From the NCBI RefSeq assembly GCF_001945605.1, contig NZ_MPKA01000130.1, positions 1-12,257 on the forward strand: 12,257 nt of DNA, read 5' to 3'. This document shows positions 5,852-12,257 of this stretch, piece by piece. The notes under the pieces are model-generated. The model had not been told where the DNA came from and did no database searches. It worked only from the letters and a program-made list of their open reading frames with translations. Numbering within the stretch: the stretch's first letter is position 1; the number at the start of each line of letters is the position of its first letter. The stretch comes from Dubosiella newyorkensis. Lineage in GTDB: Bacteria > Bacillota_I > Bacilli_A > Erysipelotrichales > Erysipelotrichaceae. The position numbers and the translations under genes were made by a program.

Positions 5852-6964
5852 ATGGAAATAAAACTAGAAAACTTGACGAAAATTTTTCCTGCGCGCAAGA
5901 AAGGTCAAAAGGAGGTCGTCGCTGTCGATGATTTTAACGATACGATTCCTGATGGAATGCTTGTCGCTTTGCTCGGTCCTTCGGGCTGTGGAAAAAGCAC
6001 GACGCTCAATTTGATTTGCGGTCTGCTCAAACCGACTTCTGGAAAGATTTATTTTGGGGATCGGGATGTGACAAACGTCCCTCCTGAATATCGCGGGGTT
6101 GGGATGGTGTTTCAAAACTACGCGCTCTATCCGCATATGAGCGTCGAGCAAAATATTCGTTTTCCCTTGGAAAATTTGAAAGGCGATCAAAAGCTGTCCA
6201 AAGAACAAATGAAAGAGCGTGTTCTTGCTTCCGCAAAGCTTGTGATGATCGATTCTCTGTTGGACCGCAAGCCAAAAGAGCTCTCAGGTGGTCAGCAGCA
6301 GCGGGTCGCGATCGCTCGAGCGCTCGTCAAACTTCCGCAAGTGCTGCTTTTAGACGAGCCGCTTTCCAATTTGGATGCTAGACTTCGTCTGCAGACGCGG
6401 GAAGAGATCCGTCGCATTCAAAAAGAGACAAAGATCACGACGATCTTTGTCACGCACGATCAAGACGAGGCGATGAGCATTAGCGATATGATCGTCGTGA
6501 TGAAGGATGGCAAAGTGCAACAGATTGGTAAGCCGCAAGAAGTGTACGATCATCCGATCAATTTATTTGTGGCCAAATTTCTTGGTACTCCTCCAATCAA
6601 CGTGTTTGAAGGAGCGATCTTTGAGAATGGATTATGGATCGGCGAGGAAAAGCTGTTTGATTTGATGCCGACCGAAGATCGTCCTGTGTTCGTGGCGATC
6701 CGTCCAGAAGGTTTTGTTTTAGACGAGCATGGTCCTTTTTCGCTCGATTTGATTCGTCCAGAAGTTTTGGGAAGAGATATTAGTATCGTGGCGAAACACA
6801 AAAAGGCGCAAAGCGAAACGATCCGAGCGATCATCGACGCTTTTGAAGCGAAACATTTGCCAAAAGATATTGTTCGGTTTTATTTAAAGCCGCATAAAGT
6901 GCATGTGTTCGATGCGATCAGCCAAGAACGGATCGAATGTGTGATCCGAGAGAATGGAGAATAA
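5852..6964 (+). CDS. ABC transporter ATP-binding protein, MalK/MsmK/UgpC-type (CUT1 sugar importer) with a C-terminal TOBE-like regulatory domain
   Basis: Walker A (GPSGCGKST), Q-loop (MVFQNYALYPHM), signature (LSGGQQQRVAIARAL), Walker B (LLLDEPLSNLD) and H-loop (FVTHDQ). About 130 aa of C-terminal extension. Confidence 0.93.
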   Translation: MEIKLENLTKIFPARKKGQKEVVAVDDFNDTIPDGMLVALLGPSGCGKSTTLNLICGLLKPTSGKIYFGDRDVTNVPPEYRGVGMVFQNYALYPHMSVEQNIRFPLENLKGDQKLSKEQMKERVLASAKLVMIDSLLDRKPKELSGGQQQRVAIARALVKLPQVLLLDEPLSNLDARLRLQTREEIRRIQKETKITTIFVTHDQDEAMSISDMIVVMKDGKVQQIGKPQEVYDHPINLFVAKFLGTPPINVFEGAIFENGLWIGEEKLFDLMPTEDRPVFVAIRPEGFVLDEHGPFSLDLIRPEVLGRDISIVAKHKKAQSETIRAIIDAFEAKHLPKDIVRFYLKPHKVHVFDAISQERIECVIRENGE

Positions 6965-6965
6965 T

Positions 6966-7859
6966 ATGGAAAAACAAAACTGGAAGGCTTTTTTATACTT
7001 ACTTCCTGCCCTTGTTTTTTTGGGGGTGTTCTTAGTCTATCCTTTGATCGACGTGTTCATCTATTCGTTTGAAGAAGGATATTCTTCGGCTTCTCAATCG
7101 TATTTTGGGATCGGATTGTTCAATTATGAATATGTTCTGCACGATCCCTATTTCAAGCAGGCGCTGATCAATACGTTTGTTCTTGTGATCGTGACGGTCC
7201 CGATTTCGACGGGGATCGCTTTATTGATTTCTTTAGCTTTGAATTCGGTCAAGAAATTGAGAAGTTTCTTGCAGACGATCTACTTTCTTCCGTATGTGAC
7301 CAACACGATCGCGGTAGGCATGGTGTTCATGGTTTTATTTAAAGAGACGCCCTATTCGCAAGGGGTGGTCAACATGCTCATTCAATGGGTCCACCTTTCT
7401 CCGGTGGATTTTATGGAGGGACCTTGGTGGGCGAAAATGTTCGTGCTCTGTTTTTATACGATCTGGATCGTCATGCCTTTCAAGATCTTGATCTTGACTT
7501 CGGCTTTGGCGAGTGTCGATGAACAATATTATAATGTGGCGAAGATCGATGGTACATCGAGTTCGCGGATCTTTTTTCGGATCACACTTCCGATGATCTC
7601 CCCTTCTCTGTTTTATTTGGTGATCACCGGATTCATCGGAGCTTTTAAAGCGTATAGCGACGCGGTCGCCTTGTTTGGCACGAATTTGAACGCGGCGGGC
7701 ATGAATACGATGGTCGGTTATGTGTTTGATATGTTGTATCGAGATTCTGGAGGGTATCCTAGCTACGCTTCGGCGGCCGCGATCATTTTGTTCGCGATCA
7801 TTTTGACGATCACGATCATCAACTTGCTTGTTTCGAAAAAGCATGTCCACTATAACTAG
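6966..7859 (+). CDS. ABC sugar transporter permease (MalF/UgpA-like)
   Basis: Six predicted TM segments. EAA loop AKIDGTSSSRIFFRITLPMISP. I prefer the ATG at 6966 (GGAGA RBS, 1 nt after the ATPase TAA) over the ATG at 6954. Confidence 0.9.
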   Translation: MEKQNWKAFLYLLPALVFLGVFLVYPLIDVFIYSFEEGYSSASQSYFGIGLFNYEYVLHDPYFKQALINTFVLVIVTVPISTGIALLISLALNSVKKLRSFLQTIYFLPYVTNTIAVGMVFMVLFKETPYSQGVVNMLIQWVHLSPVDFMEGPWWAKMFVLCFYTIWIVMPFKILILTSALASVDEQYYNVAKIDGTSSSRIFFRITLPMISPSLFYLVITGFIGAFKAYSDAVALFGTNLNAAGMNTMVGYVFDMLYRDSGGYPSYASAAAIILFAIILTITIINLLVSKKHVHYN

Positions 7860-7867
7860 GAGGGTGT

Positions 7868-8695
7868 ATGAAGTCTAAGAAAAAAGTGCTCGTATGGTTG
7901 CTTTTGGCTATTTGGGCGATCATTGTTTTGTTTCCTTTTTATTGGATGGTGCTGACTTCCTTGAAGGAGTATGGGGCGTATAATGCGGAATATATTCCAC
8001 AATTTTTCACGCTGGCTCCTACGTTTGAGAACTATATTCAGGCGTTTACGGATGTTCCGCTTGGAAAGTATTTGTTGAATACGTTGTTTTTTGCGATTGT
8101 GACGACGGGGCTGATGGTGTTCGTGACGATCTTGGCGGCGTTCGCGTTTGCAAGGATGGATTTTAAAGGCAAGAATGTGTTGTTTACTTTATTTTTGGCG
8201 TTGATGATGATTCCTGGGGAGCTTGTTGTGATCACGAATTTTGTGACCATCACAGAATTGGATTTGAGAAACACGTTTTTAGGTTTGATCTTGCCATCGG
8301 TGACTTCGGTATTTTATATTTATTTATTGCGGGAAAATTTTGCGCAAGTGCCTGATCAATTGTATTTTGCGGCGAAAGTGGATGGAACTTCGGATTGGCG
8401 TTATTTATGGCGTGTCATGGTTCCGATCTGTATGCCGACTCTCGTGACGATCACGATCTTGAAGGTCATCGAGTGTTGGAATTTATACATTTGGCCAAGT
8501 TTGATCACGGACGATCCGAAATACTTTTTGGTTTCGAATGGGATCCAGCAAATTCGCGAGAGTGGTTTTGGTCGGGCGAACATTCCGGCAATGATGGCGG
8601 CTGTCGTGGCGGTGAGCGTGCCGCTGATCGTTTTGTTTTTGATCTTTCGAAAGCAGATCATGTCGGGTGTGGCGCAAGGAGGTACGAAGGGATGA
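7868..8695 (+). CDS. ABC sugar transporter permease (MalG/UgpE-like)
   Basis: Multi-TM protein. EAA loop AAKVDGTSDWRYLWRVMVPICMP. A GGAGGG RBS overlaps the upstream stop codon. Confidence 0.9.
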   Translation: MKSKKKVLVWLLLAIWAIIVLFPFYWMVLTSLKEYGAYNAEYIPQFFTLAPTFENYIQAFTDVPLGKYLLNTLFFAIVTTGLMVFVTILAAFAFARMDFKGKNVLFTLFLALMMIPGELVVITNFVTITELDLRNTFLGLILPSVTSVFYIYLLRENFAQVPDQLYFAAKVDGTSDWRYLWRVMVPICMPTLVTITILKVIECWNLYIWPSLITDDPKYFLVSNGIQQIRESGFGRANIPAMMAAVVAVSVPLIVLFLIFRKQIMSGVAQGGTKG

Positions 8696-10269
8696 GGAAA
8701 CTTCTTGTTCTGCTTCTCGTTTGTTTGTTTTTGACGGGTTGTCATGGTTCTAGGTCGCGTGAAATGTTCGTGATGCCCGATCACTTTGATGATTCGAGAA
8801 CGTATAATATTACATTCTGGGCGAAGAACGATACAAATAAAAACCAGACGGCGGTCTATAAACAGGCGATCGAAGATTTTGAGAAGCTGTATCCTAATAT
8901 CAAAGTGCATATGAAGCTGTATACGGATTATGGAAAGATCTATAACGATGTGATCACGAATATTGGCACGGATACGACACCCAATGTCGCGATCACCTAT
9001 CCGGATCATATCGCGGCGTATTTGGAAGGTCAAAATACGGTCGTTTCTTTGGATGAGCTGATGGTGGATGAAGAGTATGGTTTGAATGGTTCAGCTTTGA
9101 GGTTCGATAGTCCTTCAAAAGATGAGATCGTGCCTGCTTTTTTAGAAGAAGGGATCATTCAGAATCATCAATACGCTTTGCCTTATATGCGTTCAACGGA
9201 GGCTTTGTATATCAATAAAGATCTGGTGGAAAAGCTTGGCTATTCGATTCCGGATGTGATCACTTGGGATTGGATCTGGGAGGTTTCCGAGGCAGCGACA
9301 AAAAAAAACGCGGATGGAACGTATGTGGCGAATGGCCAGAAGGTGCTGATTCCTTTCATCTACAAATCGACCGATAATATGTTGATTTCTATGTTGAAGC
9401 AAAAAGGCGCACCCTATTCTACGGAAGCAGGGCATGTCGAGATCTTCAACGACGAGACGACAGATCTGCTGGAAGAAATTGGAGAGCATACGAAGTCGGG
9501 GGCGTTTTCGACGTTCAAGATTTCGGGCTATCCGGCTAACTTTTTGAATGCGGGTCAAGCTCTTTTCGCGATCGATTCGACGGCGGGGGCGACTTGGATG
9601 GGAGCGGATGCGCCGCTTTCGGATATTGCGGAAGATTCGAAAGTTGAATTTGAAACCGTGGTTCGTCCGATTCCACAGTATGATGTTGAGAATATTAAAA
9701 TGATTTCACAAGGGCCTTCGATCACGATTTTTAACAAAAAAGATCCGCAGGTGGTTTTGGCTTCTTGGTTGTTCGCACAATATTTATTGAGCGACGAGGT
9801 GCAGGTCGCCTACGCTAAGACAGAGGGCTATTTGCCTGTGACGAAGAAAGCGATGGATTCGAAGGAGTATCAAGAATATCTCTCGAGAGCGGGTCAAGAC
9901 AATGAAGAACATTATCGAGTGAAGATCGACGCGGCCAAGCTTTTGATGGATCATACGGAGGATACGTTTGTCACCCCTGTGTTCAATGGTTCGGCTTCGT
10001 TAAGAAACGCGGCTGGAGAGCTTGTGGAGAGCACGGTCAAGTCCGTGAAGCGGAAAGAAGAGATCGATCAAGATTATTTTGAGACTTTGTATCGAAAGAC
10101 GGAAGGATTGTATCATTTGGATCAAGTGGGAACTTCGTCGATGGAAGGGCAAGATCTTGGTCCTTTGCCGACGTCTTCAAAGATCTTGTTGATTTCTTTG
10201 GCTGTTGTTTGGGTTGGGATCCTGGTGTATGTGATCCGCGATAAAATGAAACAAAAACAGAAGGCATAA
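8692..10269 (+). CDS. Extracellular solute-binding lipoprotein (family-1 / CUT1 type), 525 aa, with an additional C-terminal TM helix and basic tail
   Basis: The ATG at 8692 overlaps the permease stop (ATGA), with AGGAGG 9 nt upstream. Signal peptide plus lipobox (LLLVCLFLTGC). SBP-like N-lobe (ITFWAKND...FEKLYPNIKV...TPNVAITYPDH). C-terminus: PLPTSSK-ILLISLAVVWVGILVYVI-RDKMKQKQKA. Confidence 0.85.
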   Translation: MRKLLVLLLVCLFLTGCHGSRSREMFVMPDHFDDSRTYNITFWAKNDTNKNQTAVYKQAIEDFEKLYPNIKVHMKLYTDYGKIYNDVITNIGTDTTPNVAITYPDHIAAYLEGQNTVVSLDELMVDEEYGLNGSALRFDSPSKDEIVPAFLEEGIIQNHQYALPYMRSTEALYINKDLVEKLGYSIPDVITWDWIWEVSEAATKKNADGTYVANGQKVLIPFIYKSTDNMLISMLKQKGAPYSTEAGHVEIFNDETTDLLEEIGEHTKSGAFSTFKISGYPANFLNAGQALFAIDSTAGATWMGADAPLSDIAEDSKVEFETVVRPIPQYDVENIKMISQGPSITIFNKKDPQVVLASWLFAQYLLSDEVQVAYAKTEGYLPVTKKAMDSKEYQEYLSRAGQDNEEHYRVKIDAAKLLMDHTEDTFVTPVFNGSASLRNAAGELVESTVKSVKRKEEIDQDYFETLYRKTEGLYHLDQVGTSSMEGQDLGPLPTSSKILLISLAVVWVGILVYVIRDKMKQKQKA

Positions 10270-10298
10270 AAAAAATTGGAGAATCTCCAATTTTTTTT
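10268..10298. terminator. Bidirectional intrinsic terminator shared by the convergent ABC operon and the lipoprotein gene
   Basis: Stem ATTGGAG (10275-10281) / CTCCAAT (10285-10291) with loop AAT. An A7-8 run lies on the left and a T8 run on the right, which extends the stem and supplies a U-tract in both directions. Confidence 0.75.
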
Positions 10299-11061
10299 AT
10301 TTTACGCTGACTTTAATGATGTGTGGATTTGGCCCTTCGTACCAATAGAGGTAGCCTTCCATATCCACTGTGTCACCTACTTTGAGTTCTTTGACGGCTT
10401 TATAGACGTCGGAGTCTTTATCGGTCAAGTATGACTCGACAACGAAATTGTATGTTTTTCCATCTTTGGAAGCGTTGAAGTAGAGGTCGTCTCCTTCTTC
10501 GCCAGATCCATCGTAGTTATACAGATAGGCGGCGTTGTCATCGCCGATCGGCTCGATCGTCATATCTTTGAATTCGACATATTGATTTTGATGTTTGAGC
10601 AGCTTTTCCTCGTTTCCTAATAAGTCGGTCACGTTTGTGACTGGAGCGATATAATTTCCTTCCAGGATCTCGATCTTGGCGCCTTCTGCCACTTCGATCT
10701 CGCCAGACCATTCTGTTTTGTAGCCTGTGACTTTGATCTTCGTTCCTTCTTTAAGTTTGTCGTACAGGTCTTGCGAGCATTCAGCGTTATAGATGAAGTA
10801 AGCTCCATCTGGATCTTGGGTATACAAAGAAGCTTTGTCTTCCCACCACGATTGCTTGTTTTGAACATACGTTTCGATCACGACTTCGCTGTCAACATCG
10901 GCATCCATATACTCTTGATAGGTCATGACGCCTTCTGATTTTTTGGCTGGATCTTCGCTAGTTTCGCTTTGGTCGTTTTTGGCTGGAGCTGAGTTCGAGC
11001 ATCCGCTCAAAGCGAGTCCAAACGCGAGCAGCATTGCTATAAGGGCATGTTTTGTTTTCAT
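10297..11061 (-). CDS. Lipoprotein of unknown function with two tandem similar beta-rich (OB-fold-like?) domains
   Basis: Signal peptide plus lipobox (LAFGLALSGC). RBS AAGGAGAG. Internal duplication ending in LKEGTKIKVTGYKTEWSGE and LKVGDTVDMEGYLYWYEGP. Acidic and Tyr-rich. Confidence 0.8.
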   Translation of the reverse strand: MKTKHALIAMLLAFGLALSGCSNSAPAKNDQSETSEDPAKKSEGVMTYQEYMDADVDSEVVIETYVQNKQSWWEDKASLYTQDPDGAYFIYNAECSQDLYDKLKEGTKIKVTGYKTEWSGEIEVAEGAKIEILEGNYIAPVTNVTDLLGNEEKLLKHQNQYVEFKDMTIEPIGDDNAAYLYNYDGSGEEGDDLYFNASKDGKTYNFVVESYLTDKDSDVYKAVKELKVGDTVDMEGYLYWYEGPNPHIIKVSVK

Positions 11062-11082
11062 TTCTTCTCTCCTTTTACATTC

Positions 11083-11088
11083 ATTATA
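11083..11088 (-). promoter_or_regulatory. Candidate -10 box (TATAAT) for the lipoprotein gene
   Basis: The minus strand reads TATAAT 22 nt upstream of the ATG at 11061. No clear -35 element. Confidence 0.35.
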
Positions 11089-11127
11089 AACGATTTATGG
11101 CCAGAGAAAAGATATTTTTCTACGGGC

Positions 11128-11163
11128 ATAGAAAACGATTTTTCAGGATAGAAACCGTATAAT
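11128..11163 (+). promoter_or_regulatory. Candidate -10 box (TATAAT, 11158-11163) abutted by a 10-nt direct repeat ATAGAAA(A/C)CG x2
   Basis: ATAGAAAACG at 11128-11137 and ATAGAAACCG at 11148-11157, a 20-bp period. The second copy touches the TATAAT, which lies 31 nt upstream of the ATG at 11194. Confidence 0.35.
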
Positions 11164-11193
11164 GAATACAGTTAATAAAGGTAGGTAAACAAT

Positions 11194-11460
11194 ATGTCAG
11201 AAATTAAAAAAGATGTTCAAAACGAAGAAGTAAAACATGATGTGGATGTCATCAACCGCAAAGCCGCTGATGTGAAAGAACACGAAGCGCAAATCGAAAA
11301 AGATCGTACAAAGATGATGAAAGATCTTCATGAAAAAGAAATCGAGCATGATCAAAAAGTGATCGAGAAAAAAGAAAAAGATCTTGAAGCCAAAGGCGAA
11401 GAACTCGCATCGGATGATGTTGTTGGCGTAGTCGAAGAAGAAGTTACGATCGAAGAGTAA
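11194..11460 (+). CDS. Small (88 aa) hypercharged Lys/Glu/Asp-rich protein, unknown function
   Basis: The ORF has a weak RBS (AGGTAGG), its own candidate promoter and a strong terminator. There is no hydrophobic segment. The composition suggests a helical or disordered protein. Confidence 0.6.
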   Translation: MSEIKKDVQNEEVKHDVDVINRKAADVKEHEAQIEKDRTKMMKDLHEKEIEHDQKVIEKKEKDLEAKGEELASDDVVGVVEEEVTIEE

Positions 11461-11491
11461 CAAAAAAAACATTTAAAAAGCTATTCATTTT

Positions 11492-11523
11492 AAAAAGGAC
11501 CATGATCGAAGTGGTCCTTTTTT
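11492..11523 (+). terminator. Intrinsic terminator after the small charged-protein gene
   Basis: Stem GGACCA (11497-11502) / TGGTCC (11512-11517) extended by A/T pairs, with a 9-nt loop, followed by T6. Confidence 0.75.
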
Positions 11524-11653
11524 AGGGTATCCAAAAACTTTTGGGGTTTAGTTTTTAGGGGTCACTTTTGGGGTATGACTTTTTAAACTGTACCCATAAA
11601 ATTGGACACTTAAATTTTAGGGCTCCCTTATCTATAGACACTTGATTTAGGGG
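11518..11653 (+). repeat. Cluster of T(3-6)(A)G(3-4) motifs, including an 11-nt direct repeat ACTTTTGGGGT x2
   Basis: TTTTTTAGGG (11518-27), CTTTTGGGG (11538-46), TTTTTAGGGG (11552-61), CTTTTGGGG (11565-73), TTTTAGGG (11615-22), TTTAGGGG (11646-53). ACTTTTGGGGT occurs at 11537-47 and 11564-74. Inverted repeat CCAAAA-AC-TTTTGG at 11531-44. Confidence 0.7.
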
Positions 11654-12131
11654 AAACGCCCTTATAAGTAGACAGTTTTATGGACAGATTTTGGATGGTA
11701 AGATGTATCTATATATCAGGACGGAAAGGCATAGATACATATGAGCAAAAAGACACATACCCATTCATTTTCACAGCAGGATATCAAAATAATGGAAAAA
11801 AATCCTTATGTCTCTTTTGTTTCAGAAACGACAATACGATTTACGGAAGAATTCAAAGAAATCGCTTATGCAGGCAAACAGACAGGAACTCCTCTTCCTG
11901 AAATTTTCAGAATACATGGTATCGATCCTGCTATCCTTGGAAGTAGTCGGGTAGAAGGTTTTTCCTATACTTTGAATAGAAGGAACAGAAAAGAAGATCC
12001 GGATCAAAAACGATCGAATACGAGTTATCAGCGTTCTCCAAAAACCGGAGAAGAATCTCTGATACAGCGGATCGAACAGCTGGAGCATGAGTTGGCTTAT
12101 ACGCGTCAGGAAGTAGAGTTTTTAAAAAAAT
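11589..12131 (+). mobile_element. IS3-family-like insertion sequence remnant: candidate left end plus OrfA, with no OrfB. Boundaries are uncertain.
   Basis: The candidate left terminus TGTACCCATAAAATTGGACAC (11589-11609) starts with 5'-TG, as IS3-family ends do. The OrfA-like gene ends in a leucine-zipper-like segment and an A7 slippery run at 12124-12130. All three forward frames close by 12175. Confidence 0.45.
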
Positions 12132-12175
12132 GGTACTATGTCAAGTTTGAGGACAATCTAAATTTCTGTTTTTGA
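11741..12175 (+). CDS. IS3-family OrfA-like HTH transposase subunit with an aberrant C-terminus
   Basis: 144-aa ORF. The N-terminal half is HTH-like (FSQQDIKIMEKNPYVSFVSETTIRFTEEFKEIAY...EIFRIHGIDPAILGSSRV). A basic linker follows, then the heptad segment LIQRIEQLEHELAYTRQEVEFLKK, typical of IS3 OrfA just before the frameshift site. The tail WYYVKFEDNLNFCF looks unrelated. Confidence 0.6.
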   Translation: MSKKTHTHSFSQQDIKIMEKNPYVSFVSETTIRFTEEFKEIAYAGKQTGTPLPEIFRIHGIDPAILGSSRVEGFSYTLNRRNRKEDPDQKRSNTSYQRSPKTGEESLIQRIEQLEHELAYTRQEVEFLKKWYYVKFEDNLNFCF

Positions 12176-12257
12176 CAAATCCGAAAAAATTTGTTCCGCT
12201 TTCCATTGACTACGGGTCCCTATCCCTAAGAACCCATTTCTTGTTGCTTTTCAAACT

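Noticed and set aside
8395-8691. The ORF track extends the binding-protein frame ~100 codons upstream, giving a 624-aa ORF.
   Set aside because: The extension lies entirely inside the second permease gene in another frame and has odd composition (MALFMACHGSDLYADSRDDHD...). The internal ATG at 8692 has an AGGAGG RBS, an ATGA overlap with the permease stop and a textbook lipoprotein signal peptide.
12131-12257. Possible C-terminal end of a minus-strand gene entering from the right edge (stop at 12210-12212 or 12226-12228), or the terminal repeat of a second IS.
   Set aside because: Only 10-16 codons are visible in either frame. There is no recognisable motif and no inverted repeat matching 11589-11609. 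This is not enough evidence to call a feature.
1-12257. Search for a defence, toxin-antitoxin, CRISPR-Cas, prophage or biosynthetic gene cluster, as the task suggests might be present.
   Set aside because: Every sizeable ORF is accounted for by transporter, envelope, signalling, housekeeping-hydrolase or IS functions. I saw no nuclease, helicase, methylase, Cas, integrase (other than the IS OrfA) or NRPS/PKS signatures, so I do not claim such a system.

Overview
This is a chromosomal segment from a low-GC Gram-positive organism. The evidence is AGGAGG-type RBSs, three L-x-G-C lipoboxes and a split CpsC/CpsD-type tyrosine kinase. I support 14 coding regions, one of them only a 21-codon fragment.

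Left arm, minus strand:
- A TM-anchored surface protein with a repetitive Pro/Thr/Asp/Gln tail.
- A tightly coupled four-gene unit: CpsC/Wzd-like modulator, CpsB/Wzh-like PHP phosphatase, CpsD/Wze-like BY-kinase and a PepSY-like lipoprotein.
- A translationally coupled NUDIX hydrolase and HSL-family esterase pair.

Centre, plus strand: a CUT1-type sugar ABC importer in the order ATPase, two permeases, lipoprotein binding protein.

Right arm: a convergent tandem-domain lipoprotein, an 88-aa hypercharged protein, and the left end plus OrfA of an IS3-like element that appears truncated at its A7 frameshift motif.

I see no rRNA, tRNA or CRISPR array, and no recognisable defence, toxin or secondary-metabolite system.

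The most unusual signals are:
1. A roughly 4-fold excess of the palindrome GATC (manual count), with GATC-free islands.
2. A BY-kinase module with no polysaccharide-synthesis genes in the window, in a non-canonical gene order and coupled to a PepSY lipoprotein.
3. A binding protein with both an N-terminal lipobox and a C-terminal sorting-signal-like TM tail.

All functional calls rest on motifs read from the translations. No database search was possible.
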